Shown: positions 43,416 through 52,570, numbered from the stretch's first letter. The stretch: 56,512 bases of DNA from an uncultured Chloroflexota bacterium (GCA_903925955.1 CAIYHO010000279.1:1-56512), one strand, 5' to 3'. Translations and numbers: made by a program. Notes: generated by a model not told the origin, from the sequence alone.

Positions 43416-44269
43416 GCCCCAAGACAGTCGCAAAGCCCGGCGCAGCCGCCGCAAAGAAGCCCGCCGCAAAGAAGCCCGTCAAGCGCAAGCCGCAGGACCC
43501 CAACAAGCAGTGGGCCAACTACCTGCGCCGGTATCGGCCCGGGCTGACGCCCTTTGTGCTGGATGGGCTGGAAGAGCGCTACGGCCGCCAGGAGTGGCAC
43601 CGGACGATGGACCCGGTGAGCGAGATCATCCTCACCATCCTCACGCAGAACACTGCGGACACCAATGCCGAGAAGGCGTACGAGGCGCTGCGCCGCGCGT
43701 ACCCCTCAAACCTGGCGCCGGAAGTCCATACACCCGGCATCGGCTGGGGAGGGACGGGGCTCCCGGATGCCGCGCCGCCGGACTGGACGCTTGTGGAGCA
43801 TGCCCAGCTGCCCGAACTGATCGACGTGATCCGCCCCGGCGGTCTTGCCCCGCAGAAGGCGCCCCGTCTGCAGGCCACGCTGCGGCGCATCCGCGAGGAG
43901 CGCGGCTCCTACAACCTGGAGTTCCTGGGCGACATGCCGCCGCTTGAGGCGCGCGACTGGCTGACCTCCATCGACGGCATCGGCAAGAAGACCGCGTCCA
44001 TCGTGCTGGCGTTCTGCTTTGGCGCCCCGGTGATGGCGGTGGACCGTCACGTGGAGCGCGTGAGCAAGCGCCTCGGGCTGATCCCCGAGAAAGCCACGGC
44101 GGACCAGGCACACGACATGTACCTGGAGCTCGTGGAGCCGGAGCGGATGTACGCCGCGCACGTCCTGCTGATCCACCACGGCCGTGCCATCTGCCACGCC
44201 CAGCGCCCGGAACACGACATCTGCCCTGTCCGTGACCGATGCCGGATGGTGTCAGCCAAGGCGCCGTAG
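43412..44269 (+). CDS. HhH-GPD (endonuclease III-like) DNA glycosylase with Lys/Ala/Pro-rich N-terminal tail
   Basis: ILTILTQNTADTNAEKAY, the HhH motif IDGIGKKTASIVL, VDRHVERV, and a C-terminal Cys cluster CHAQRPEHDICPVRDRC. The GTG start overlaps the vapC stop (GTGA). Confidence 0.7.
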   Translation: MSPKTVAKPGAAAAKKPAAKKPVKRKPQDPNKQWANYLRRYRPGLTPFVLDGLEERYGRQEWHRTMDPVSEIILTILTQNTADTNAEKAYEALRRAYPSNLAPEVHTPGIGWGGTGLPDAAPPDWTLVEHAQLPELIDVIRPGGLAPQKAPRLQATLRRIREERGSYNLEFLGDMPPLEARDWLTSIDGIGKKTASIVLAFCFGAPVMAVDRHVERVSKRLGLIPEKATADQAHDMYLELVEPERMYAAHVLLIHHGRAICHAQRPEHDICPVRDRCRMVSAKAP

Positions 44270-44327
44270 GCAGCCACGACATCGCGGTACCCGCATAGGG
44301 GGGTGCCTCGGAGCGTCCGCTCTCGCA

Positions 44328-44345
44328 CAATCAGCGGCCTGATTG
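44328..44345. promoter_or_regulatory. perfect palindrome CAATCAG-CGGC-CTGATTG
   Basis: 7-4-7 inverted repeat 27 bp upstream of the ATG at 44372. Confidence 0.25.
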
Positions 44346-44371
44346 CCAACCACCCCGGCCCACCGCCAGAG

Positions 44372-45904
44372 ATGACAACCCCCATGCGCACCCTCCTTCG
44401 AGCCCCGCTGACCGCAGCCGCGCTTGCGGCCGTCCTGGCAACGTCCTCGATGGCGGCAACCCCGCCCGCCACGCCAGCGGTGAATACCTGGTCCGCCGTT
44501 GGCCCCGCCACACCCGCGATGTTCAAGGCGGGCAACGTGGGCCAAGGTGTCTGGGACAGCAGGATTGGTCCCGATGGGCGCCTGTACGTCTTCGGTGACT
44601 TCATCAACGCCGGCGGGGACGAGACGGCGGACTACCTTGCGGTCTATGACCCGGCCACGCAGGGCTGGATTGGCCTTGGCTCCAACGGCGCCGGCAACGG
44701 CGCGTTCAACAGCGCGGTCCTCGACGTCGCATGGATCGGGAGCACGCTGTATGCCGGAGGCGTGTTCACCAATGCCGCGGGCAACGCGGATGCGGATTTC
44801 CTAGCCGCCTGGAACGGGTCCTCGTGGACGGCCAAGGGTTCCGCCGTCGGCGTCCCGGCGCTCAACGGTGCGGTCAGGTCGCTAGACGCCCAAGGCGGAA
44901 AGCTCTACGTCGCAGGCCAGTTCACCAATGCCGGGGCCGTGGCGGAGGCGGACCGCCTTGCGGTCTATGACGGGTATACCTGGTCTGCCTTGGGCAATGC
45001 TGGCGCAGGCATTGGCGCGCTGAGCAGCTTTGTCTACAAGGTGGATGCCCTCGCGGATGGCCGGGTCTTCGTTGGTGGCATGTTCCTCAACGCCGGCAAC
45101 ACGGCCACGGCGGACTACATGGCGTACTGGAATGGCGCCACGTGGAACCCGGTGGGCGACGGTCTTGCCACCAACCAAGCGATCAACGGCACGGTGGTGG
45201 ACTTCGCGATCAGCGGGACAACCGTGTATGCCGTGGGCTCGTTTGACAATGCGCAGGGCAACGCCGCCGCGGACCGCATCGCGATGTGGAACGGCACGGT
45301 CTGGACAAACCTTGGCACCGCCGGTGCGAACGGGGTCTTCGCGGGTTCGTCGGAGATCGACAACGTCCAACTCTACGGATCCAACGTCATCGTGGCCGGC
45401 GTCTTCACCGATGCGGGCGGCAACGCCAACATGGACGGCGTGGCCGTCTGGAACGGGTCAAAGTGGATGGCGCTGGGGACGCCCAACCCAAGCTCAGCCG
45501 GCATGTCGGGCTTGGGCCTGCTGCTCTCCGGCCGCACGCTCTACTTCTCCGGCCTCTTCGGCAGCGTCGGCGGCGCATCCGGGACCCTGGGCTACGGCGC
45601 CTTTGGCCTGCCCGCTGCACCGTCAGCGCCGCGCGCCCTGAAGGGGACTGCGGGCTCGAAGAAGGTGTCGCTGGCCTGGACCGCCCCAACCACCGCCAAC
45701 GGTGCTGCCGTCATCGACTACGTGGTCCAGTACCGCAAGGTGGGCACGACGCTGTGGAAGACCTTCGCCGACGGCGTCAAGACCACCCGAACCGCCGTGG
45801 TCACGGGGCTCACGAAGGGCGCAAACTACCAGTTCCGCGTGCTGGCCAAGAATGACTGGGGCACGGGGAGCAGCTCCGCAGTTGTGGTGAAGAAGGCAGG
45901 GTGA
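44372..45904 (+). CDS. secreted repeat (beta-propeller-like) protein with C-terminal fibronectin type III domain
   Basis: Signal peptide MTTPMRTLLRAPLTAAALAAVLATSSMA. About seven ~55-aa repeats (G.F.NAGG..ADY(L/I)A.W(N/D)G..W..LG). The FN3-like tail is VSLAWTAPTTANGAAVIDYVVQYR...YQFRVLAKNDWG. Confidence 0.65.
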   Translation: MTTPMRTLLRAPLTAAALAAVLATSSMAATPPATPAVNTWSAVGPATPAMFKAGNVGQGVWDSRIGPDGRLYVFGDFINAGGDETADYLAVYDPATQGWIGLGSNGAGNGAFNSAVLDVAWIGSTLYAGGVFTNAAGNADADFLAAWNGSSWTAKGSAVGVPALNGAVRSLDAQGGKLYVAGQFTNAGAVAEADRLAVYDGYTWSALGNAGAGIGALSSFVYKVDALADGRVFVGGMFLNAGNTATADYMAYWNGATWNPVGDGLATNQAINGTVVDFAISGTTVYAVGSFDNAQGNAAADRIAMWNGTVWTNLGTAGANGVFAGSSEIDNVQLYGSNVIVAGVFTDAGGNANMDGVAVWNGSKWMALGTPNPSSAGMSGLGLLLSGRTLYFSGLFGSVGGASGTLGYGAFGLPAAPSAPRALKGTAGSKKVSLAWTAPTTANGAAVIDYVVQYRKVGTTLWKTFADGVKTTRTAVVTGLTKGANYQFRVLAKNDWGTGSSSAVVVKKAG

Positions 45905-46932
45905 CCATGGTTGATCCTCAGGCCGCGCCGGGACAGCGCACACCGCTGATCCTTGACGTTGACACGGGGATCGACGACGCCCTCGCCCTCCTGTACGCCT
46001 GTGCCAGCGCGGACGCCGAGCTTGTGGCGGTCACGGCGCTCGCGGGCAACGCAACCGCGGACAACACGGAGCGGAACACCCGCGCTGTGCTGGACGCGGC
46101 CGGGCGGGGCGATATCGATGTGGCTGTGGGGCGGCCGATGCCGCTGCTGCGGGCCCTGGAGATCACGCCCGAAACACATGGTCCGCGCGGCCTGGGCTAT
46201 GCGGACCCGCCGGAGCCAGTTCGGCCAAGGTCAGCCGCCTACGGGCCGCAGGTCATCGTGGACGCCGCGCGCGCCCGGCCCGGCGAGATCACGCTGGTGA
46301 CACTTGGTCCGCTGACAAACCTGGCCGTGGCGGTCCTGATGGAGCCGGCGCTGCCGAGGCTGCTCCGCCGCTGGATCGCCATGGGCGGCGCGTTCCGCGT
46401 GCCGGGCAACACCACGCCCGTGGCTGAATGGAACATCCATTGCGACCCGGAGGCTGCCCGCATCGCCCTACGCGCCTGGACCACGGCCATCGAGGCGGAC
46501 GCAACGACACCCCGCGCGCTGCTGATGGGTCTGGATGTCACGGAGCGCGCCCAACTGATGCCCGCGCACCTCGACGCGCTGGCTACCCGCGCCGGCGACG
46601 CGGCCGATGGCCCGCTGATGACGATCACTCGCGACGCCCTGCGCTTCTATTTCGAGTTCCACGCCAAGTACGACGGCTTCTACGGCGCGCACATCCACGA
46701 CCCGCTCGTGGTGGCTGCGGCGCTGGACCCCACCCTGGTGCGCACAGAGGCGGCGGCCGTGGACGTGGACGCGTCGGGCGGACCCGGCGACGGGCAGACC
46801 ATCGCCGACTGGCGCCACGTCAGCGGCGCGGTCGCAAACGCGGACGTGGCCGTTGAGGCGGACGCGGCGGCGTTCATCGAGCGGCTCATCGAACGCGTCG
46901 GCGCCCTGGCCGTGGCGCGCGACGGGCGCTGA
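45901..46932 (+). CDS. nucleoside hydrolase (inosine/uridine-preferring family)
   Basis: LILDVDTGIDDALALLYA (DxDxxxDD), EWNIHCDPEAA, HDPLVV. Confidence 0.85.
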   Translation: MTMVDPQAAPGQRTPLILDVDTGIDDALALLYACASADAELVAVTALAGNATADNTERNTRAVLDAAGRGDIDVAVGRPMPLLRALEITPETHGPRGLGYADPPEPVRPRSAAYGPQVIVDAARARPGEITLVTLGPLTNLAVAVLMEPALPRLLRRWIAMGGAFRVPGNTTPVAEWNIHCDPEAARIALRAWTTAIEADATTPRALLMGLDVTERAQLMPAHLDALATRAGDAADGPLMTITRDALRFYFEFHAKYDGFYGAHIHDPLVVAAALDPTLVRTEAAAVDVDASGGPGDGQTIADWRHVSGAVANADVAVEADAAAFIERLIERVGALAVARDGR

Positions 46933-46950
46933 CGGGCGCTGACCGGCGCA
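46921..46950. repeat. 10-nt tandem repeat x3 across the hydrolase stop codon
   Basis: GACGGGCGCT, GACGGGCGCT, GACCGGCGCA. Confidence 0.85.
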
Positions 46951-47071
46951 AGCATGACCCCGTGGCGAACGGCCCCCCAAGATGCCAACTGGTCCGACGG
47001 GGTTCGGGACGTTCGGCCGATCCAGCGCCAACAATTCGGCAGCACGATGAAGACTGATCGGAGGTTCCCCG

Positions 47072-47971
47072 ATGCGACTCCTGCTCGCCGTTGACGGCTC
47101 GGTCTCCAGTGACCGCGCCACCGCACTTGTGGCCGGGCTCCCGTTGCCCGCTGATTCCCTGGTCCGCATCGTCGCGGTCCAGCAACCCTATGCCGATGCG
47201 CTGGCGCTCTCCTGGGCGTCCATCGGCGATGCCGCCGCCCCAAGCCTTGAGGAGGACGCGGAGGCGCGCCACCTGCGTGAAGCCATCGAGCGGGCGGAGA
47301 CGTCCCTGCGGCCAGTCAAGGTAGAGGGCTTCCTGCTCCACGGCAGGCCCGCATCGGCCATCGTGGACGAAGCCGTCTCCATGGCCGCCGACCTTGTGGT
47401 CATCGGCAGCCGCGGTCACGGCACCATCGCCACCATGCTGCTAGGGAGCACGGCAGCCGAGGTTGTGGACCACGCTCCCTGTCCCGTCCTGGTTGCCCGC
47501 ACGCCGCAGATGGGCAAACTCGTCTTCGCTGACGACGGATCCAACTCGGCCAGTGAGGCAGAGGCGGTCTTCACCAAGTGGCCGGTGTTCGCAGGCCATG
47601 ACGTGGAGGTGGTGACGGTGGCCGAGACGGCCGTGCCCGTGGCCGCCGGGTTCACGCCGGGGCTCTATGACCAGGTCCTCGAGTCATACACCGAAGCCGT
47701 GGAGGAGGCCCGCCGCCAGGTTGTCGAGGAGTCGCAGACGGCAGCCCACAGGCTCGCCGCCGCAGGCTTCCGGACAACAGCGGTTGCCCTTGAGGGCGAT
47801 GCCGCCTCCGAGCTTGTCCATTACGCGGGCGAGCACGAGACCGGCACCATCGTGATGGGCACGCGGGGCCACACCGGGCTCGCCAGACTTGTGCTGGGCA
47901 GCGTCGCGCGCAACGTCCTGATGCACGCACCCTGTTCGGTGTTGATCGTCCGGGAACACAAGCGCAAGTAG
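47072..47971 (+). CDS. tandem universal stress protein (UspA) domains
   Basis: MRLLLAVDGS..., VVIGSRGHG...GSTAAEVVDHAPCPVLV. The second module has IVMGTRGHTGLARLVLGSVARNVLMHAPCSVLIV. Confidence 0.8.
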   Translation: MRLLLAVDGSVSSDRATALVAGLPLPADSLVRIVAVQQPYADALALSWASIGDAAAPSLEEDAEARHLREAIERAETSLRPVKVEGFLLHGRPASAIVDEAVSMAADLVVIGSRGHGTIATMLLGSTAAEVVDHAPCPVLVARTPQMGKLVFADDGSNSASEAEAVFTKWPVFAGHDVEVVTVAETAVPVAAGFTPGLYDQVLESYTEAVEEARRQVVEESQTAAHRLAAAGFRTTAVALEGDAASELVHYAGEHETGTIVMGTRGHTGLARLVLGSVARNVLMHAPCSVLIVREHKRK

Positions 47972-48045
47972 GGTCCTGCCGGGGCGCTCGCGGCTTCCGC
48001 GCCAACCAGGGTGCGCGGCGGCCGCAACCCTTCGCGCCGATCTGT

Positions 48046-49125
48046 GTGCGCGCCTATGATCCCGCCATGCCGTCTATGCGCCCAGATGAGTCACCAGCTC
48101 CAGCCCAGGACGCCCTGGAGCTGGTAGGTCGGCTGTTGGAAACCAACCTTGACCCAGCCCAGCGCCGGCTGGCCGAGGGGATCCGTGATGCCGCAGAGGC
48201 GATGCTGACCACGCCGGTTGCGGCCGTTCGCGGCACGCCCGCCGTTCGCGGCACACCCGATGGTGGGACCCAAGGTGATGATCCCGTCGACGCGCCAGTG
48301 GCCGGCGGGCGCCACTCCCCTGGTCGGGGGCGGATCCTTGTTGTGGATGACTCGGAAGGCAACCGCCGGGTTGCGCTGCTCCAGCTGGAGCGCCTGGGCT
48401 TTGACGGGGTGGCGGTGAACGACGGGTGGGAGGCACTTGAGCGCCTCTCCCAGGAGCCGTTTGACCTCGTGCTCCTAGACGGGATGATGCCGGGGCTCGA
48501 CGGACCCGGGACCGCACGCGAGATCCGGCGCCGCGAGGCCAGCGCGCACGTGCTGCACATTCCAATCGTGGCGCTGACCGCAAGCATCCTGCCCGAAGAC
48601 CGCGCCATGCTGCTCGACGCGGGCATGGACGACCATCTCGGCAAGCCCATTCGCATGGCCGAGCTTGCGCGGATGCTTGACCATACGCTTGCCGGGGCTC
48701 CTGCGCGGGGGGACACCCTGCTGCCCGCCCCCGTTGGCGATACGCCGCCTGCCGCGCCGCACAAGGATGCCGCCAGCGCGGTTGATGCCGCAGTCTTCGC
48801 CCAACTTGCGGACCTTGGTGATCCGCTGCTCACCGCCCGTCTCGTCCGCCTGTTCCTCGCCGATGCGGCGGAGCGCGTCCGCCAAGTGGACGCCGCGCTT
48901 GTGGCCGACGACACCGCCCGGCTCCGAACCGCCCTGGCAGCCCTCGAGGGCGCCTGCATCGGGATTGGCGCCGTGGCGCTCCGGCAGCGGGCGCACGAAC
49001 TCCACGACGTGGCGGTGCTGATGGACCGCGATGGTCGCGCCGCCGCCCCCGCCTCAAGCGGGCTGGGCGACATTCTCCGCGACACGAGTGCCTGGTTCAC
49101 CAAGGCCTCGCTGCTCGGCAGTTGA
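48046..49125 (+). CDS. response-regulator receiver domain with vestigial DHp-like N-terminus and Hpt-like C-terminus
   Basis: REC is ILVVDDSEGNRRV...DLVLLDGMMPGLDG...ALTAS...GKPI. The N-terminus LELVGRLLETNLDPAQRRLAEGIRDAAEAML resembles the post-His-box half of HisKA. The C-terminal helical bundle has LAALEGAC where Hpt normally has HxLKG. Confidence 0.65.
   Translation: MRAYDPAMPSMRPDESPAPAQDALELVGRLLETNLDPAQRRLAEGIRDAAEAMLTTPVAAVRGTPAVRGTPDGGTQGDDPVDAPVAGGRHSPGRGRILVVDDSEGNRRVALLQLERLGFDGVAVNDGWEALERLSQEPFDLVLLDGMMPGLDGPGTAREIRRREASAHVLHIPIVALTASILPEDRAMLLDAGMDDHLGKPIRMAELARMLDHTLAGAPARGDTLLPAPVGDTPPAAPHKDAASAVDAAVFAQLADLGDPLLTARLVRLFLADAAERVRQVDAALVADDTARLRTALAALEGACIGIGAVALRQRAHELHDVAVLMDRDGRAAAPASSGLGDILRDTSAWFTKASLLGS
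48223..48258. repeat. 18-nt in-frame tandem duplication
   Basis: GCCGTTCGCGGCAC(G/A)CCC x2, encoding AVRGTP AVRGTP. Confidence 0.9.
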
Positions 49126-49151
49126 CCGCGCTCGGGATCCCAACCGAGCCC

Positions 49152-49670
49152 TCAGGCGATCTCAACCGCCACTTCGTGCCGCACACCCCGGACAATCCTC
49201 CAGGCACGCAAGTCCGGCTCCGGGCCCGCTAGCGACACCACCAGGTAGAGCGCATCTGGGTGTGCCGCCATGGTCACGTCGAGACCCGAGGGCACGGCTG
49301 GCGTTGCCGGGTGCGAATGAACAATCCCCCAGATCTCGCCGCGGGTTGCGTCAAGAGCGGTGACGACGCCGAGGTAATCCTCTGGGTGCACCTCGAATCG
49401 CGTCCGCGACGCGGCGAGATTGCGGCACGGCACGTAGCGCAGGGGACGCCCGCCAGCGGCAGCGGCAGCGGTGCCTGGGATCAGGCCACACGCCTCAAGC
49501 GGTGTCTCTGCCCGAGCGTGCCCGATGACCTCCAGCGCGATCCCACGGGGCAGCCTCACGGAGCCCGGACCCGGGTGGGATGTCGTGGACGGGACAGCGT
49601 CGCGGACGCCGAGATCGCCCGCTTCGGCCACGCCACCGGGGCCGCCGTCAGACGCGGTGTGGCTGCTCAC
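49152..49670 (-). CDS. JAMM/MPN+ (Mov34) metalloprotease
   Basis: EACGLI and HSHPATPAVPSGLD (HxHx7Sx2D) motifs. The N-terminal ~40 aa are low complexity, so the start may be later. Confidence 0.75.
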   Translation of the reverse strand: MSSHTASDGGPGGVAEAGDLGVRDAVPSTTSHPGPGSVRLPRGIALEVIGHARAETPLEACGLIPGTAAAAAGGRPLRYVPCRNLAASRTRFEVHPEDYLGVVTALDATRGEIWGIVHSHPATPAVPSGLDVTMAAHPDALYLVVSLAGPEPDLRAWRIVRGVRHEVAVEIA

Positions 49671-49694
49671 GAGACGCGGCGCAGAAGCCGAGGG

Positions 49695-50090
49695 TCAGCC
49701 GACGTCGCCAGTGAGCGGCTTCGCGCCAACCTCATCAAGTAAGTGCTGCAGCGAGTCAAAGCTCAGCATCGCGCACTTGAGCCGGGCAGGGCTGATCTCG
49801 ATGCCCAGCAGTTCAAGCAGATCCGTGGCGCCCAGACCAACCACATCGGCAAGCGCCTTGCCCTTGACCTCGTCGGTCAGCAAGGAGGCAGACGCCTGGC
49901 TGATGGCACAGCCGCGCCCGGTGAAGCCCACGTCAGTGACGACGCCATCAGCCACTGTCAACTGCATGGTGATCCGGTCGCCGCACAGGGGGTTGGCGCC
50001 CTCAAAGGACGCTGTGGGCGCCTCAAGCACGCCAAAGTTGTGCGGCCGCCGGTAGTGCTCAAGGATGTAGTCGCGGTACAGGTCGTCCAT
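49695..50090 (-). CDS. sufU: SufU/IscU-type Fe-S cluster assembly scaffold
   Basis: YRRPHNFG, NPLCGDRITM, GRGCAISQASAS, RLKCAML. Start trimmed to ATG 50090. Confidence 0.85.
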   Translation of the reverse strand: MDDLYRDYILEHYRRPHNFGVLEAPTASFEGANPLCGDRITMQLTVADGVVTDVGFTGRGCAISQASASLLTDEVKGKALADVVGLGATDLLELLGIEISPARLKCAMLSFDSLQHLLDEVGAKPLTGDVG

Positions 50091-50431
50091 CGGGGTCCGA
50101 GTGTAGCGCTCCCGCGAAAGGCTGCCCCGCAGCGGCATCCCCGAGCGGCATCGCGCTTGGCGGAGCGATGTGTTCACGTGTCGTTGACGTGCTGCTGACG
50201 CAACGTTGACCGAGGCTCCGGATTCACGGCGCCACCGATCGTCTAGGCGGCGTAGTATCCAACTCGCAACGTGGCTGCAATGCTGTCGCATGCTATGGGC
50301 TGTACCCAGCCCGCGGCAGCGCACACGAAGCGTTACCTGCTCGCGCAGGGTGCGGAAGCAGGCGGGGTCTGAAGGGCCCCGACCAATGGATGAAGGCCGG
50401 CGTTGGTCCGGCCAGTGGAGGAATTTCGCTC

Positions 50432-51604
50432 ATGAAAATGAAAGCCCGGATGCTGATTGCCGTCGCGGCAATGAGCGTGGTCGTGGGGGCCTGCGGTGGC
50501 AGCGCCACGCCGACGGCCGCACCGACCACCGCCCCGACCGCTGGTGCGGCGACGGCCGCCCCGACCGCCGCTGCGGTTGACTGGAAGACCGCCACGTCCG
50601 CCGGTGCAGGCGGCGTTGACGCCGTTTGCGCGGCCGGCAAGGCCGAGGGCACCCTCAACACCATCGCGCTGCCGCCGGACTGGGCCAACTACGGCCAGAT
50701 GATGACGGACTTCACCGCGAAGTACGGCATCAAGATCGCCAACGACCAGCCGGACGTGGACAGCCAGACCGAGATCAACACCGCCAAGCAGCTGGCCGGC
50801 ACGGGCCGCCAGCCGGACGTGTTCGACCTCGCCCCGGTCGTTGCGGCGGCCAACGTCGACATGTACGCGGCCTACCAGCCCGTCGTGTGGAAGGACATCC
50901 CGGACGCCAACAAGGAGGCCACCGGCCTCTGGGTCAACAACTACTCCGGCTTCATGTCAATCGGCTATGACAGCTCGCTCGGCGACATCAAGACCATGGC
51001 CGACCTGAAGGACCCGAAGTACAAGGGCAAGATCGCCCTCAACGGCGACCCGCTCAAGGCGTCCGCCGGCTTCAACGGCGTCGTCATGGCCGCTCTGGCC
51101 AACGGCGGCTCCGCCGACAACATCCAGCCCGGCATCGACTTCTTCAAGGCCCTCGCCGAGAGCGGCAACTTCATCCCGGTTGACCCGGCCCCGACCACCA
51201 TCGCCTCGGGCCAGACCCCGATCGTTCTCGACTGGGCCTACAACAACGGCTCACAGATCGATCCGCTCAACAAGAAGGGCATCGCCTGGAAGGTCACCAT
51301 TCCTTCGGACGCGCCCCCCGTTGCCTCGTGGTACGTCGCCACGATCAACAAGGATGCCGCCCATCCGGCGGCCGCCCGCTGCTGGGCGGAGTACATCTAC
51401 TCCGACGCCGGCCAGAACACCTGGCTGAAGGGCTTCGCGATCCCGGTCCGCGTGGCAGCAATGACCACCGCCGGCACGATCGACAAGGCTGCCCAGGCAG
51501 CCCTCAACCCGCCGGCCACGGCCCCGGTCCTGCTGACCTCGGCCCAGATCGACGCAGCGAAGGCCCTGCTCACCTCGGGCTGGAACTTCATCACCATCAA
51601 GTAG
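50432..51604 (+). CDS. ABC transporter periplasmic substrate-binding lipoprotein (family 1, PotD/AfuA-like)
   Basis: Lipobox-like MKMKARMLIAVAAMSVVVGACGG with GGAGGA 10 nt upstream of ATG 50432. Followed by two permeases and an ATPase. Confidence 0.75.
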   Translation: MKMKARMLIAVAAMSVVVGACGGSATPTAAPTTAPTAGAATAAPTAAAVDWKTATSAGAGGVDAVCAAGKAEGTLNTIALPPDWANYGQMMTDFTAKYGIKIANDQPDVDSQTEINTAKQLAGTGRQPDVFDLAPVVAAANVDMYAAYQPVVWKDIPDANKEATGLWVNNYSGFMSIGYDSSLGDIKTMADLKDPKYKGKIALNGDPLKASAGFNGVVMAALANGGSADNIQPGIDFFKALAESGNFIPVDPAPTTIASGQTPIVLDWAYNNGSQIDPLNKKGIAWKVTIPSDAPPVASWYVATINKDAAHPAAARCWAEYIYSDAGQNTWLKGFAIPVRVAAMTTAGTIDKAAQAALNPPATAPVLLTSAQIDAAKALLTSGWNFITIK

Positions 51605-51637
51605 TCACGAACCTCGTCTGAGCGCGGAGGTGCCCGC

Positions 51638-52570
51638 ATGACCGTCTCAACGGTCGGCGTGCCCGCCCCCTCGGAGTTGCCCGCAGCCGGTCCCGCCTTT
51701 GGCGGGGCCGGCTCGAGCCGCTTCAAGAGGGCCGGGAATTACGTCGCCCTCATCCCGTTCCACGCTTACGTAGGGCTATTCCTTCTCTTCCCGACGCTGG
51801 TGGTCGCGATCGGCGCGTTCACCACCAACAAGGGCCAACTCACGCTAGACAACATCGGTGCTGTCTTCGCGACGAAGGCATTCATCGACTCTTTCGCTGT
51901 CTCGATCCAGCTCGCGGTTGTCACCGCGCTGATCGGGGCGATCCTTGGCGCCCTCCTGTCCTGGGCTGTGGTCCGCGGCAACCCGAACGGCGCACTGCGC
52001 CAACTGGTGGTCGCCGCCTGCGGGGTCCTCGCCCAGTTCGGCGGCGTCATGCTGACGTTCGCCTTCCTGGCCTTTGTTGGCTACGAAGGCATGCTCACGC
52101 TGTTCATCCGGGACAACATCACCCACACCAGGATGGACATGTCCTGGGTGTACTCCCTGACGGGCCTGATCATGCTCTACGCCTACTTCCAGATCCCGCT
52201 GATGCTGATCGTGTTCCTGCCCTCGCTCGACGGTCTGCGCCAGGAGTGGTACGACGCCTCGGCCAGCCTCGGCGGCGGCGCCTGGTCGTTCTGGCGCCAC
52301 GTGGGCGGCCCCATTCTCGCGCCCAGCTTCCTCGGCGCGCTGCTGCTCCTGTTCACGAACGCATTTTCCGCGTACGCAACAGCGCAGGCGCTGATCAGCC
52401 AAGGCTGCGGTCTTGTTACGCAGCAGATCGCCTGCCAGATCCAAAGCGAGGTCATGATCGGCCGCGAAAACGTGGGCAAAGCGCTGGCGCTGGGGATGAT
52501 CATCATCGTGGCGACGGTGATGCTGCTGTACGCCTACATCCAGCGGCGCGCGTCGAGGTGGGTCAAATGA
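51638..52570 (+). CDS. ABC transporter permease
   Basis: Six-helix protein with the EAA-type loop DASASLGGGAWSFWRHVGGPILAP. Confidence 0.8.
   Translation: MTVSTVGVPAPSELPAAGPAFGGAGSSRFKRAGNYVALIPFHAYVGLFLLFPTLVVAIGAFTTNKGQLTLDNIGAVFATKAFIDSFAVSIQLAVVTALIGAILGALLSWAVVRGNPNGALRQLVVAACGVLAQFGGVMLTFAFLAFVGYEGMLTLFIRDNITHTRMDMSWVYSLTGLIMLYAYFQIPLMLIVFLPSLDGLRQEWYDASASLGGGAWSFWRHVGGPILAPSFLGALLLLFTNAFSAYATAQALISQGCGLVTQQIACQIQSEVMIGRENVGKALALGMIIIVATVMLLYAYIQRRASRWVK

Noticed and set aside
50250-50431. TPP or cobalamin riboswitch upstream of the ABC transporter
   Set aside because: The hallmark elements are absent: CUGAGA with ACCUGAUCUGGAUAAUGCCAGCG for TPP, and the B12 box with GCCACUG context for cobalamin. 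Only a generic hairpin is evident.
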